A stretch of DNA of 64,000 nt from Sphingobacteriales bacterium (GCA_038209155.1 JBBQYA010000002.1:3862-67861); one strand, 5' to 3'. Shown: positions 47,098 through 57,687, counted from the first letter of the stretch. The notes: a model not told the origin generated them from the sequence alone. Translations and numbers: made by a program.

Positions 47098-47637
47098 TTA
47101 ATCGCCACTCAAAAGTAAAACTTCATCTGCACCATCTATTTCTTTCCACTTTACTTTCACCCGTTCTGAGTCTACCGAATCTATCTTGATTCCAGTGTAA
47201 TCTGGTGCTATTGGAAGTTCTCTTGTATATTTCCGATCGATCAATACCATTAATTCTACTTTGGAAGGTCTTCCAAAAACTAATAATGCATCCAAACCTG
47301 CTCTTACTGAGCGACCTGTGAACAATACATCATCTATTAAAATGACTTTTTTATTTTCTATAATAAAATCCATATTAGTGCTTGCTGCTAATAAGGGTTC
47401 TCGTCTTCGGAAATCGTCTCTGAAAAATGTAGTATCCAAATCTCCGTAAGGAATAATAATATCTGGTAAAATGATTTTTAAATGCTGTTGTATTCTTCTT
47501 GCTAATAAAATTCCCCGGGGTTGCAAACCAATGATTACAGAATTGGAAAAATCGTCATGATTTTCGATGAGCTGATGACACAATCTTTTTAATGTTATGT
47601 CGAAATGCGTATGGCTTAAAATTAACCTACTTTGCAT
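47098..47637 (-). CDS. pyrR: Bifunctional pyrimidine regulator / uracil phosphoribosyltransferase PyrR
   Basis: PRPP-binding loop VILIDDVLFTGRSVRA, 179 aa, immediately upstream of pyrB. Confidence 0.88.
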   Translation of the reverse strand: MQSRLILSHTHFDITLKRLCHQLIENHDDFSNSVIIGLQPRGILLARRIQQHLKIILPDIIIPYGDLDTTFFRDDFRRREPLLAASTNMDFIIENKKVILIDDVLFTGRSVRAGLDALLVFGRPSKVELMVLIDRKYTRELPIAPDYTGIKIDSVDSERVKVKWKEIDGADEVLLLSGD

Positions 47638-48010
47638 AATTGGATAGGCAAATATAGAAATTTATGTGAATTCAATTTTTAAAAGAAAAATCAAACTATG
47701 CTTATATTATATTAAAATCTTTGATTTATAATTAATTTTTTCAAAAACCTGATATTTAAAATTGATATAGTTCCATCTACATTTCCTTCAATTTTTTAGC
47801 CTATATATTTTTATCTAATATTTTTACTAAAGTTTTCTGCTTAAAATATTTGTATCCAATTTTTACAACTTTAGATTTATCCTATTACAGAATCAACCTT
47901 TTGTCATATGTTGCCATTAGTGTCTTTGGTTTCCATGTATTTATTTTTATTAAATTAATACTGAAAAAGAATTTATAAAAAACAAATACTATAAATTATA
48001 AAACTAAATT

Positions 48011-49210
48011 TTACTGAAAATCTGTTGTTAATTTAAATCTAGTAATTCGGCTGTTTTTGGAATCGCACACATATAATATTTTGTCATTGTAGGCCATAGA
48101 TTTCGGTTCGTTAAATTGAGTTGGACCATTTCCTCTTCCTCCAAAAGAAACTTTTATATTTTTTCTATTTGCACTAGAAGCAGGTGCATCTACTCCTTCC
48201 AAACCGTTGAGCGTAAATAAATAAATAGAATCTTTTGCTGCGTCAGAAACAAAAATATAATTGGTTCCGTCGCCAGCTATGGTAATTGCCTGTGGAGTTG
48301 TAAATCTATTGGGAGAATAGATAAAACCATCAGCTTTGCTTGGGTCGTTGTTATTCAAAGATTGATTTAAACTATAGCTTGAGCCATTTTCATCAGATAA
48401 AAACCGAATATATTGTGTTTTGATTGCAGTATTCACGTCTATAGATGTGAAAAGAAAATCTCCGCCAGGTTTCACTGAATTAGATTGCGGTGCTTTTGCT
48501 AAAGTTGAAATGGCAAATGGTTTTTTGAAATAATCACTTATTAATCCTTGCTCGGTGCTTACGTTTACAGAAGAAATAAATTTATCTTTAATACTAAAAA
48601 CCAAAACTGCATCATCAGGACCACCAATTTGGTTTGGATTATTTGATGGGCCAGATCTTGTAACATAATAAGAATTGTCTGCCATTATACTTAATCTATT
48701 TAAATGTACGGCTGTGTCTGCAGTTGTAAAACTAGTTTTAAAATAAAATGGATGTAAAATAGTTTTAATTATTTTTGCAGATCGTAATCCATAAAAAATA
48801 CCTTGCAAACTAATTCTATATATTGCATCCACCGTAAATTTTTGTGAATTAATAATGGTGTCTTTTGTTCCTAAAGCAAGCAATTCTAATGATCTGTTTT
48901 GAGCAATTGATTTTACGCCTTTAACAAAAAATTCCCCCTGAATTACCCCAGACTTATTATAAGCAATGATTTTCTCCGATTTTTGGTCAGCTACATAAAT
49001 TAATTCATCGTATCCAGCTATAATATCTACAGGGTTTTGTAAACCTTGAAACGATGGCTGAATAGGTACAAATGCAATTAATTCATTGTTAAAAACTGGA
49101 ATTTCTATAAAATCAATTTCTGTTTTATCGCCAAAAGGTTTTTCGCAAGAAATAAATAAAAAACTTATTATAATAAATAAGTAAGTAGAAATATTGTTAA
49201 TCCAATTCAT
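48011..49210 (-). CDS. NHL-repeat beta-propeller lipoprotein
   Basis: Lipobox FLFISCEKPF. NHL-like repeats include ...DELIYVADQKSEKIIAYNKSG, ...TNYIFVSDAAKDSIYLFTLNG and FNEPKSMAYNDKILYVCDSKNSRITRFKL. Confidence 0.7.
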   Translation of the reverse strand: MNWINNISTYLFIIISFLFISCEKPFGDKTEIDFIEIPVFNNELIAFVPIQPSFQGLQNPVDIIAGYDELIYVADQKSEKIIAYNKSGVIQGEFFVKGVKSIAQNRSLELLALGTKDTIINSQKFTVDAIYRISLQGIFYGLRSAKIIKTILHPFYFKTSFTTADTAVHLNRLSIMADNSYYVTRSGPSNNPNQIGGPDDAVLVFSIKDKFISSVNVSTEQGLISDYFKKPFAISTLAKAPQSNSVKPGGDFLFTSIDVNTAIKTQYIRFLSDENGSSYSLNQSLNNNDPSKADGFIYSPNRFTTPQAITIAGDGTNYIFVSDAAKDSIYLFTLNGLEGVDAPASSANRKNIKVSFGGRGNGPTQFNEPKSMAYNDKILYVCDSKNSRITRFKLTTDFQ

Positions 49211-49218
49211 ATTTTTTA

Positions 49219-50235
49219 TTATTTATCTTCTCTTTTACTTTTATTAATTCCAAATTGAATTCCAATCTGATTGGTAAATCCTAAAAATTGGTATGGTTCT
49301 GCTGCATATTCAATTCGTAATGGATTTTTACCAACTCTAGTTTTTAGGCTAAAGCCAAAAGTTGGGTAAGGCTGGTTTTCAATTCCAATTTTGTAACCCG
49401 CTCTTAAAGCTAACAGAGCCATGTATTCATATTCTACACCTATTCTTATATTTTCTGCATTATCATTTGGATGATGCAATTCTGCTGCAACTAATAAAAC
49501 ATGATTTTCTTTTCTTAAAGGAACAAACGAAACACCGATTTTAAAAATGGTGGGAGGGCTAAAATTTTCAGTTGTTCTATCTGGATTTGGAATGGAAGAG
49601 AAACTTTTTGTTTGTCCATTTATTTTAGAATCTACCCCAAAATTATTAAGCAAAACAGCAAATTTCAATTCTTTAAAATCTGTTTTATACAAAAATCCTA
49701 AATCTAAAACTCCAGAGTGAACATTGTATGTATCTAAATATTCATTTACATATCGTGCAGTAACGCCATAACTAAAATAGTCGGAAAGTTTTCTAGCAAA
49801 ACTTACCCCAGCAGCCATATTGGAACTATAATAAAATTCTCCTGTACCCTCTGGACTAAATTCTGTTCTCCTAGGCATGGCATCTGTTCTCAAAGATTGA
49901 ACATGAACGGCAAAAGTATTATTGTTTTTTGCTGGAATTACTGCCGCTAAATAGCTGTTGTTTATATTACTTATATAAATTGTATTAGAGAGTCCAAAGG
50001 TTAAATTTTCAACATCTATGATGGAAGCTGGGTTTGCATTAGCAGAAAAACCGTCTCCAGAAACTGCTGTTTGAGCACCACCCATTGCTGATTGTCTTGG
50101 ACTTGTTGATAATTTCAAGAAAGTAAAAGAAGATGTACCAGCGCGTTGACCTCCAAGATTTGGAATTAATTGGGCTAAAGCAGTATTACTAAAAATACTT
50201 AATATGAACAAAAAGGGTATAGTTTTAAATTTCAT
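49219..50235 (-). CDS. PorV/PorQ-family outer-membrane barrel
   Basis: Signal peptide, then the family N-terminal signature ...NLGGQRAGTSSFTFLKLSTSPRQSAMGGAQTAVSGDGFSANANPASI. At 338 aa it is nearer PorQ size than PorV size. Confidence 0.7.
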   Translation of the reverse strand: MKFKTIPFLFILSIFSNTALAQLIPNLGGQRAGTSSFTFLKLSTSPRQSAMGGAQTAVSGDGFSANANPASIIDVENLTFGLSNTIYISNINNSYLAAVIPAKNNNTFAVHVQSLRTDAMPRRTEFSPEGTGEFYYSSNMAAGVSFARKLSDYFSYGVTARYVNEYLDTYNVHSGVLDLGFLYKTDFKELKFAVLLNNFGVDSKINGQTKSFSSIPNPDRTTENFSPPTIFKIGVSFVPLRKENHVLLVAAELHHPNDNAENIRIGVEYEYMALLALRAGYKIGIENQPYPTFGFSLKTRVGKNPLRIEYAAEPYQFLGFTNQIGIQFGINKSKREDK

Positions 50236-50252
50236 TTTATGTCTTTTATCAA

Positions 50253-53072
50253 TTAAAATTGCCAGCTTAAACCTACCAATAGTTGTCTTGGGTTTAAAAA
50301 CCTTGCAGGATTAAAAGGCGGAATTCCATTATCCTGCGGATCTGGGTAATTTGGATCTCTAAAATTACTTTCTAAATTATCTCCTCTTTCATAGGCCCTG
50401 CCAGTAACAGAATTTATAATTGCAGAATTTTTATTGTTAAATGCATTTTTTATTTCAAGGCTTAATCCAATGGTACTTAATCTACTGATATAAAAGTCTT
50501 TTGTAATTTTCAAATCGGTAAAATACCAAGCAGCCCCGAGTTTACTAAACGGATTTTCTTCATCAATTTCGTAAATAGGTCTTCCAACTTCATTGATTCC
50601 TTTAAACAATGCAGGTGTATATCGCAACCCAGATTTATAGGTAGATGTTAAAAACACTCGATAGTTTTTAAAAGGTATATTAAATATTTTAAACGAAGTA
50701 TCAGGTTTTAAAATTACCTGAAACTTTATATCCAAAGGTCTATCACCAGCCAAGAATTGTTCTTTGGTTGGAGAAATATTGCCCGTTTGTTTTATTTGTA
50801 GTTGAGACTCAAGAGCAGAGTTGGATTTTCCTGTTGCAATTTGATAAGCTCCTGTTAATGAAGCATTCAACCACCTTTTTACTCTTCTATTAAAGCTTAT
50901 TTCTAATCCTCTCACTCGCGCATAATCTTGATTGATAAAAAAGTTTTTCTCTGTAAACCTACCTGTTTGATCTTTTATAATTAAAGTTCTACTTACTATG
51001 TAATCATATTTATCATTATAAAAAGCAGCAGCAGAAATAGCAAAATTCGAAGTGATTTGAGTTTTCAAACCAACTTCGTAAGACACGGTAACCTCTGGAT
51101 TTAAATCTGGGTTTCCTAAATTAGATAAGAAAGAACGGTTTTGATAAACTGGATCTAAGCCTGCATAAACAAATCTTGGATGCGGCAAACGGGTAAGGTG
51201 CCCATAATTAAAAAATAATACATTGTTTTCTGAGATTGGAAAAGAAATTCTAAGTTTCGGTAAAAGTCTAAATTTGAAATTTCTTCCCAAAAGTGGGGTT
51301 GTATTATTTCTGTAACTATTTCTAGTGGCATCTAATACTGGAGCATTCGGATCTTCGACTGCATCATCTGCAAACTTACCGGGTGCCCAATAATTTAATC
51401 TCAAACCAATATTTACAATTATGCCCTTGTACCTTAGATCATTTTGTGCAAAAATACCTCCAGTAGCTGGATTCACTTTCCAAATATCATTGCTTTGGCC
51501 AATACTTGTAGAAGGTGTGCTCGCTGAATCATTTATTTGCAGAGGAGCTCCAATCCAAGGTCGAGAAACATCTATCCATTGATATTCTTGTTCTTTATGC
51601 TCAAATCCTGCGGTGAAAAAGTTGGCTTTATTTAATTGATAATTTATTTTAAATTTTAGTGTATTTTCAATTGCATAGTGATCATGCCAAAGAGTTGCAA
51701 TTCCATTATTATTGAATAATCCAGGGCCTTGGTTTACAAATACAACAGAATCACCTGGGTTAAACAAAGTAATATCACCAGAAACAATAGATGCTGGGTC
51801 AAATACTTGATCAACCGTTTGACCTCTAAATAACCTTCCGTTTGCATCTGCTCGCAGATTTACAAACAGCCTTGCTAATGAAACATCAATAGAAACTCGA
51901 TTAGAAAGTAAATTTTGATATTGTAAAATTGTTAAATTAGATTTTTGTGTGTAGGTATTTCCATTATCTAAATCTAAACTAAATGGATACTGAAATCCAG
52001 GCGTAACAATAGCATTATTTCCAATGATTTGTAGAGATCTTGTATTTTGATTGATGTTTAAACTATATTGATTGGAAGCAGTAAGTTTCTGACCTTTTTT
52101 TAAATTATAGGTAAGTTTAATGGTGTTTGACCAACGATTATCTTGACGAGGAGCCCAAAATTCTCCTCCATTTTTTAGTAAAGAACTTTTTAGTTGATCA
52201 GCAGTAATCTTAAAAAACTCATCGGTGAGTTCCATATTTCCACTTACGAAAAAACCAATTTTCTTTTTAGAAAAAGGTAATTTCCCACCTACACTTAAAT
52301 TTATTGCATCTGAATTCCATTGAGAAGCTTCGTTAAAACCCAAATTATCTCTAGTATACGCTCCGCTAAATTGAATTTGATCTCCCCCTTCTCTAATTCT
52401 AGTAAGTACTAAACCAGATGTTCCTTCTCCGTATTCCGCACCTACACCTCCAGTTATTACTTCTACATCTTTAATTGCATTCGACGCAACTTCTACTCCA
52501 AATCCGGTTCCAGCTAATGGATCTTGTGCATTAACACCATCCACCAAAAATTGAGTTTCATAAACTCTTCCGCCTCTAATTTGCAGTCCATCAGGGTTTT
52601 GACTCACACCTGCTTGCATGGCAACGATAGATTGAACATCTTTCACGTTCATATCTTTTATGTCTTCCGAAGTTACTTTGGAAGTAGATCTTCCAGCTTC
52701 TAAATCAATTATTGTTTTTTGTCCTAAAATCTCTACGGCTCCTAAATCTGTAGTTGCCTCACTTAATGATAAATTGAGAATTAATTCTTTTGATGAGCTT
52801 ATTTTTGCTCCATTATAAATTACTTCTTTATATCCTAAATACGTGATTTTGATACTGTATTCTCCAGGTTTTATGTTTATTAATTTATAATTTCCATTTA
52901 TATCTGTTTGAGTTCCAGAGTAAGTACCTAAAACCAAAACGGTAGCACCAGGGATTGTTTCTTTTGTTTTTTTATCCGTAATTACTCCCTTTATAGATCC
53001 AGTTTGAGCCCAAGAAGCGGTAGCAAATAGTAAAAAGAAAAATAAAACAATTAATTGTAAACGTTTAATCAT
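50253..53072 (-). CDS. TonB-dependent receptor, 939 aa (CarboxypepD_reg, plug, large barrel)
   Basis: GSIKGVITDKKTKETIPGATV...GNYKLINIKPGEYSIKITYLGY. The plug is ...VQSIVAMQAGV...LQIRGGR. The barrel ends ...VGLSWQF. Confidence 0.9.
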   Translation of the reverse strand: MIKRLQLIVLFFFLLFATASWAQTGSIKGVITDKKTKETIPGATVLVLGTYSGTQTDINGNYKLINIKPGEYSIKITYLGYKEVIYNGAKISSSKELILNLSLSEATTDLGAVEILGQKTIIDLEAGRSTSKVTSEDIKDMNVKDVQSIVAMQAGVSQNPDGLQIRGGRVYETQFLVDGVNAQDPLAGTGFGVEVASNAIKDVEVITGGVGAEYGEGTSGLVLTRIREGGDQIQFSGAYTRDNLGFNEASQWNSDAINLSVGGKLPFSKKKIGFFVSGNMELTDEFFKITADQLKSSLLKNGGEFWAPRQDNRWSNTIKLTYNLKKGQKLTASNQYSLNINQNTRSLQIIGNNAIVTPGFQYPFSLDLDNGNTYTQKSNLTILQYQNLLSNRVSIDVSLARLFVNLRADANGRLFRGQTVDQVFDPASIVSGDITLFNPGDSVVFVNQGPGLFNNNGIATLWHDHYAIENTLKFKINYQLNKANFFTAGFEHKEQEYQWIDVSRPWIGAPLQINDSASTPSTSIGQSNDIWKVNPATGGIFAQNDLRYKGIIVNIGLRLNYWAPGKFADDAVEDPNAPVLDATRNSYRNNTTPLLGRNFKFRLLPKLRISFPISENNVLFFNYGHLTRLPHPRFVYAGLDPVYQNRSFLSNLGNPDLNPEVTVSYEVGLKTQITSNFAISAAAFYNDKYDYIVSRTLIIKDQTGRFTEKNFFINQDYARVRGLEISFNRRVKRWLNASLTGAYQIATGKSNSALESQLQIKQTGNISPTKEQFLAGDRPLDIKFQVILKPDTSFKIFNIPFKNYRVFLTSTYKSGLRYTPALFKGINEVGRPIYEIDEENPFSKLGAAWYFTDLKITKDFYISRLSTIGLSLEIKNAFNNKNSAIINSVTGRAYERGDNLESNFRDPNYPDPQDNGIPPFNPARFLNPRQLLVGLSWQF

Positions 53073-53095
53073 AAGTTTTTTTTAAATAATAGTAT

Positions 53096-54556
53096 TTACC
53101 AATTGAATTCTTGTTTTAACACTGTTCTGAAAAACTCTTTTAATTCATTGGTTGAAGAATTTCCATCCGCATCTCCGAGCAGATTATTCAATTCGACTGA
53201 GCAAAAAATTTGATTAGTTTTTCCATCCGCATTTTCAGATTTGGCACAAATAGCTTTAGGTGCAAAAAATCCATTTGTTTTTAATTGTGCTTTATAAATA
53301 ATTTTAGCACTTGATTTTGCATAAAATGGGTCTAAGCCATTGATGAATTTAGTAACTTTTAAATTGGGAAAATTAGGGGCGTCTGCTTGTTTTACTGCCA
53401 AACTATCAATTGGAAAATCGATTCTTTGCCCCGTTAAAACGGTAGCGAAACTGTCTACAGGGCTAAATTGATAAATAGCAGAAGTTCTTACTACGGAAGC
53501 AGGAAAAGAAGATGAGATTAAAACCTTACCACCTTTGTTTAAATAATCTTGAATAGCTGCAGAGGCAAGTTCCAATGGAAGCGAATTATTTATGGCAGTA
53601 CTTTCACCATACCAAAAAACTTTATCATATAAATTTAATAATAAACTAAAAGTAGGTTTCCAAAAAGAAGGAAAATTTGCAAATCCACTTGGAAACAAAT
53701 CATACAAATCGTAATTTCCATTTATTTCATTAATTAATGGAAGATAAATAGCAGTGGGATTTGGTGTTACGTTTATATTGTGAGCGTCAACAACTAGCAA
53801 ATCTGAAGACTTCTTTTTTAAATAAAAAGATTTTAATGTGTCGGGCAAACTTTCACTACCTGCATTATCTCTTACTTTGATGTAAACAAAATTTCTATCA
53901 TTTACTTTTAGCCCGCTTATTTTTTCTGATCGTAATAGAGCATCAAAACCAAAATAAACATTTCCGTTTTGCAGACCTACATTTTCTGGATTTTCTGGAA
54001 CAAGTGTCAAAAAGGTAAGTGTTCTAGGTAATGGATACCATCTGCCTTCATTTATTTTTACAAATACAGAATCTATAGTTTCTAAACCATCAAAATCATC
54101 TGCTTTCCATAAAATAGAAAAAACTGAAAACACAGTATCTGTTTTAATAAGAGCATCATCAAAACTGATTTCGGGTTTCTTATTTTTTATAGGAATGCTC
54201 AGAAAAGCAGGTCCTGGATCTTTATTTCCATCATTATCTACTGCACGTACATAAAAATCAATGTCGCTTGTATCACTATTTCCAGAAATACTAAACCTAA
54301 ATACTGAATCCTGTTTGGTTGTAAATTCCCAATTTATCTTATTAAAAGAAAATTCAAAACCTTTTACAAAACCATCCTTATCGTCACCACTCCATCTTAA
54401 ATTTACTACTGTATTTAGTCTTTCTTCACCAGATCTATTAATTTTATCAACAAATAATTTGGTACTCGGAGTTTGGTTTTCTAATAGTTCTCCTTTTTTG
54501 CAGGAGATAAAAAACAAGCCAAAAAAGGCAAAAATATAAAGATGAGCTATTTTCAT
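53096..54556 (-). CDS. Lipoprotein with two N-terminal Ig/FN3-like modules and a C-terminal alpha/beta domain; function unknown
   Basis: Lipobox LFFISCKKG. The repeated motif W.(G/A)DD.DG appears as LRWSGDDKDGFVKGFEFSF and ILWKADDFDGLETIDSVFVKI. It is the first gene of the four-gene operon. Confidence 0.6.
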   Translation of the reverse strand: MKIAHLYIFAFFGLFFISCKKGELLENQTPSTKLFVDKINRSGEERLNTVVNLRWSGDDKDGFVKGFEFSFNKINWEFTTKQDSVFRFSISGNSDTSDIDFYVRAVDNDGNKDPGPAFLSIPIKNKKPEISFDDALIKTDTVFSVFSILWKADDFDGLETIDSVFVKINEGRWYPLPRTLTFLTLVPENPENVGLQNGNVYFGFDALLRSEKISGLKVNDRNFVYIKVRDNAGSESLPDTLKSFYLKKKSSDLLVVDAHNINVTPNPTAIYLPLINEINGNYDLYDLFPSGFANFPSFWKPTFSLLLNLYDKVFWYGESTAINNSLPLELASAAIQDYLNKGGKVLISSSFPASVVRTSAIYQFSPVDSFATVLTGQRIDFPIDSLAVKQADAPNFPNLKVTKFINGLDPFYAKSSAKIIYKAQLKTNGFFAPKAICAKSENADGKTNQIFCSVELNNLLGDADGNSSTNELKEFFRTVLKQEFNW

Positions 54557-54700
54557 AAAGAGCGCTAAATTACATAAAATTCCATCTTACTTTCTTTAGT
54601 CCTATGTTAAGATAATGTTAAGTTTTTGTTGTCTTTGGATTATTCAAAATTTTATTCTTTATTTTAAAAAAAAATTAAAACATCCTAAAAATTTAAAAAC

Positions 54701-55156
54701 ATGAACATGAAATTAAAACTCACATTTACCATTCTATCCATCTTATTTTTCAGTATTTCAAATGCTCAAGAATACAAAGTAATTACTTCCATAGAATCTG
54801 TAGTTCCGTTAGGTTTAGGTAGATCCAGAATTTTGGAAAATAAAACTTCTCTGGATATTGCTGCATTTACAACCGAAAGAACTGATGGAAAAAAAAGCGA
54901 CCAAGGAGATATAAGTAGGGGAGATGCAAAAATTGATAATTTTTCAGAAGCCAAATTGCTGAATTTTTTCTCAGCAGTAGGAATTAATTTTCAAAATATT
55001 GCTTCTAATGATGCTCTGATTTCTTCAAAAATTAATGCCTTGGTCAAAGAAGGTTGGAAATTACAATTTGTAACAAGTGGAGTAGAAAGCGATGCTGGAA
55101 AAGATGATGGAAGTGGGATTTTTATCACCAGATATATTTTTTATAAAGAAAGATAA
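54701..55156 (+). CDS. Small secreted protein of unknown function
   Basis: Signal peptide MNMKLKLTFTILSILFFSISNAQE, 151 aa, followed by a clean terminator. No motif recognised. Confidence 0.5.
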   Translation: MNMKLKLTFTILSILFFSISNAQEYKVITSIESVVPLGLGRSRILENKTSLDIAAFTTERTDGKKSDQGDISRGDAKIDNFSEAKLLNFFSAVGINFQNIASNDALISSKINALVKEGWKLQFVTSGVESDAGKDDGSGIFITRYIFYKER

Positions 55157-55182
55157 ATTCGGATTTTAAAGATTAAAAATAA

Positions 55183-55212
55183 AAAACCCGAAATTAATGT
55201 TTCGGGTTTTTT
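55183..55212 (+). terminator. Rho-independent terminator with a bidirectional A/T-flanked hairpin
   Basis: AACCCGAAA-TTAATG-TTTCGGGTT followed by a T-run. Confidence 0.75.
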
Positions 55213-55700
55213 ATGTTTTGAAAAAGTATTCTGATAAAAGTATATAAACATGAACATAAGTTGATTTAAAGAACTTAATATTGCTTTTTTTATGTTTGAA
55301 AAGCAACTAACAATAATATAATTCCTAATTGAAATCCACAGTTAATTAAAACTTATTTTAATCAACAGCTAATTGTCAGATCACGTAAATTTAAACCTTA
55401 GTAATATTAAGAACCCCAATTTAAATAAAAACCTTATTACCTTATTTCAAATTATTAATAAGGTTGTTTTACTAAAGAATCATCTTAATTACTAATATAA
55501 TAAAGTAAACTTTTTAATTAAATATTAAAAAACAACATACTAATTTAGATATTAAATAAATTAATAAATTTCTATCAAAAGCTACTAAAGTTTATTTTTT
55601 CTTTATAAATAAAAAAGTAAGCAATTTCTTAAAATGAAAATATTAATTATTTAGTTTGCTCAATTAAATAAAAAGATTTAAAAACAATCACCTACAAATC

Positions 55701-55740
55701 AAAAAAAAACCGAACAATAAATTATTCGGTTTTTTTTGGT
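55701..55740 (-). terminator. Rho-independent terminator after dnaJ
   Basis: The AACCGAA / TTCGGTT stem is flanked by A9 and T8, so a T-run follows on either strand. Confidence 0.7.
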
Positions 55741-55753
55741 AAAAAAAATTTTA

Positions 55754-56905
55754 TTATTCAAAATACTCTTTCATTCTTCCGAAAAAACCTTTATCATTTT
55801 TGCCGGGAGCTGGTTTGAAATTGGCAGATTCTTGTAATTTCTCCAACATAATTCTTTCTTCTCTGGATAGAATTTTTGGAGTCCAAATATTTACATGAAC
55901 CAACTGATCTCCTTTACCGTAGGCGTTGATTTCTGGTAAACCTTTACCTTTCAATCGCAAAACTCTGCCACCTTGTGTACCGGCATCAATTTTAATTTTT
56001 GCTTTTCCGTCTATAGTTGGAACTTCTACATTGGTTCCCAAGGTTGCATCCACAAAACTTATGTATAGATCATAGATCACATTATTTCCTTCTCTTTTCA
56101 AGTCAGGATGTTCAATTTCTTCAATTAAAATCAATAAATCTCCAGAAACTCCACCTCTAGGTGCAGCATTTCCTTTTCCGCTCATTGATAATTGCATTCC
56201 TTCTCCCACTCCAGCAGGGATATTTACAGAAATTTGCTCTTCACCAACTACTACTCCATCTCCATGACAAACATTACATTTAGATGCAATAATTTGACCT
56301 TCTCCATTACAAGTAGGGCAAGTACTAGTGGTTTGCATTTGTCCAAGAATCGTATTGCTTACTCTTCTTACAGAACCAGCTCCTCCACAAGTTGAACAAG
56401 TTGACATAGAATTTCTGTCTTTTGCACCAGATCCACTACAGGTGCCACAAGCAATTTGCTTATTTACTTTTATCTTTTTTTCTGCACCAATTGCTATTTC
56501 TTGAAGGGTAAGTTTTACTTTAATTCTAAGGTTGGAACCTCTAGAAACTCTTCTGCCACCACCTCTACTTTGTTGGCCTCCAAAAAAGCCATCAAACCCG
56601 CCACCACCTCCAAAAATATCCCCAAACTGGCTGAAGATATCTTCCATATTCATGTTTTGACCACCGCCACCACCACCTGCTGCACTTGCTCTATGACCAA
56701 ATTGGTCATACCTTTGCTTTTTTTCTGCACTACTCAAAACCTCATAGGCTTCTGCAGCTTCCTTAAAATTATCTTCGGCTACTTTATCATTCGGATTTTT
56801 ATCTGGATGATATTTTATTGCTGCTTTTCTGTAAGCTTTTTTTATTTCGTCTGCATCGGAGTTTCTCGTTACGCCCAATACATCATAATAATCTCTTTTC
56901 GACAT
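55754..56905 (-). CDS. dnaJ: Molecular chaperone DnaJ
   Basis: J-domain with HPD (YHPDKNP), a Gly/Phe-rich linker and four CxxCxGxG zinc-finger repeats ([32 protein letters not shown]). Confidence 0.95.
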   Translation of the reverse strand: MSKRDYYDVLGVTRNSDADEIKKAYRKAAIKYHPDKNPNDKVAEDNFKEAAEAYEVLSSAEKKQRYDQFGHRASAAGGGGGGQNMNMEDIFSQFGDIFGGGGGFDGFFGGQQSRGGGRRVSRGSNLRIKVKLTLQEIAIGAEKKIKVNKQIACGTCSGSGAKDRNSMSTCSTCGGAGSVRRVSNTILGQMQTTSTCPTCNGEGQIIASKCNVCHGDGVVVGEEQISVNIPAGVGEGMQLSMSGKGNAAPRGGVSGDLLILIEEIEHPDLKREGNNVIYDLYISFVDATLGTNVEVPTIDGKAKIKIDAGTQGGRVLRLKGKGLPEINAYGKGDQLVHVNIWTPKILSREERIMLEKLQESANFKPAPGKNDKGFFGRMKEYFE

Positions 56906-56934
56906 TTTTTAAATTTTCTCTGGTAGTTTATTAA

Positions 56935-57525
56935 TTATGCACCAACTACAACTTTTGCAAATCGGATTACTTTATTATTTAGATAATAGCCTTTTTCCAA
57001 TTCATCTAGAATTTTTCCTTTCAAGTCATCTGATGGAGCTGGAATACCGGTTATGGCTTCGTGCAAATCCACATTAAAGTTTTCATTTAAGGAAATCATT
57101 TCTTTCAAACCTTGTTGCTGAAGAATGGAATTAAGTTTATTCTGAACTAAAATTACTCCTTCTTTCATTCCACTGGTTTCATCGTTGTCTGGTAAAGCTT
57201 TCAATGCACGTTCAAAATCATCTAAAACGGGAAGCATCGCAGTAATAATATCTTTTCCGGCTGACTTAAAAAGATCCATTCTCTCTTTAGAAGTTCTTCG
57301 TTTATAATTGTCAAACTCTGCAAAAAGACGCAGATATTTATCATTGGCAGCATTTAATTGAGTTTGTAAATCTGGAGTTTCATTCACTGACGTATCGTCG
57401 GTATTTTCATTTTCTTCCAAAATCTCATTGCCGTCTTCTATTTCAATTTCTCGTAGATTATTCTTGATGTTTGTATCATCTATCAAATCCTCCGCTTTAT
57501 TCTCCATTTTTTTCTTTTTAAACAT
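56935..57525 (-). CDS. grpE: Nucleotide exchange factor GrpE
   Basis: ...YLRLFAEFDNYKRRT... and the C-terminus ...LEKGY.LNNKVIRFAKVVV are classic GrpE blocks. It lies directly upstream of dnaJ. Confidence 0.92.
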   Translation of the reverse strand: MFKKKKMENKAEDLIDDTNIKNNLREIEIEDGNEILEENENTDDTSVNETPDLQTQLNAANDKYLRLFAEFDNYKRRTSKERMDLFKSAGKDIITAMLPVLDDFERALKALPDNDETSGMKEGVILVQNKLNSILQQQGLKEMISLNENFNVDLHEAITGIPAPSDDLKGKILDELEKGYYLNNKVIRFAKVVVGA

Positions 57526-57687
57526 TCGCTTCTTCTTAAAACATTCGTATTCGAATTTTTCAAATTCAATTTTTTTGCCAATAAGTTTAATAGGTCATTA
57601 TGGCAGAGCAAAATCAAAATTTGCACCAATTAGTTTGGCTTTTCCTATTTTTAACTTCTATTTCTAAACGATTGTTCTTTATGAGCC

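Noticed and set aside
47901-47908. Third TTGTCATA copy
   Set aside because: It has no GGGTA 13 nt upstream (TATTA instead) and no plus-strand gene downstream. It is probably a chance occurrence.
47638-48010. PyrR-binding attenuator in the 373-nt region upstream of pyrR
   Set aside because: I looked on the minus strand for the conserved PyrR binding-loop sequence (the CCAGAGAGG type, which is CCTCTCTGG on the plus strand) and for terminator/antiterminator pairs. I found neither, so regulation by RNA binding cannot be supported here.
56456-56926. 156-aa ORF on the plus strand
   Set aside because: It lies entirely antisense to dnaJ, and its low-complexity translation mirrors the dnaJ Gly-rich and zinc-finger region. 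It has no independent signals.
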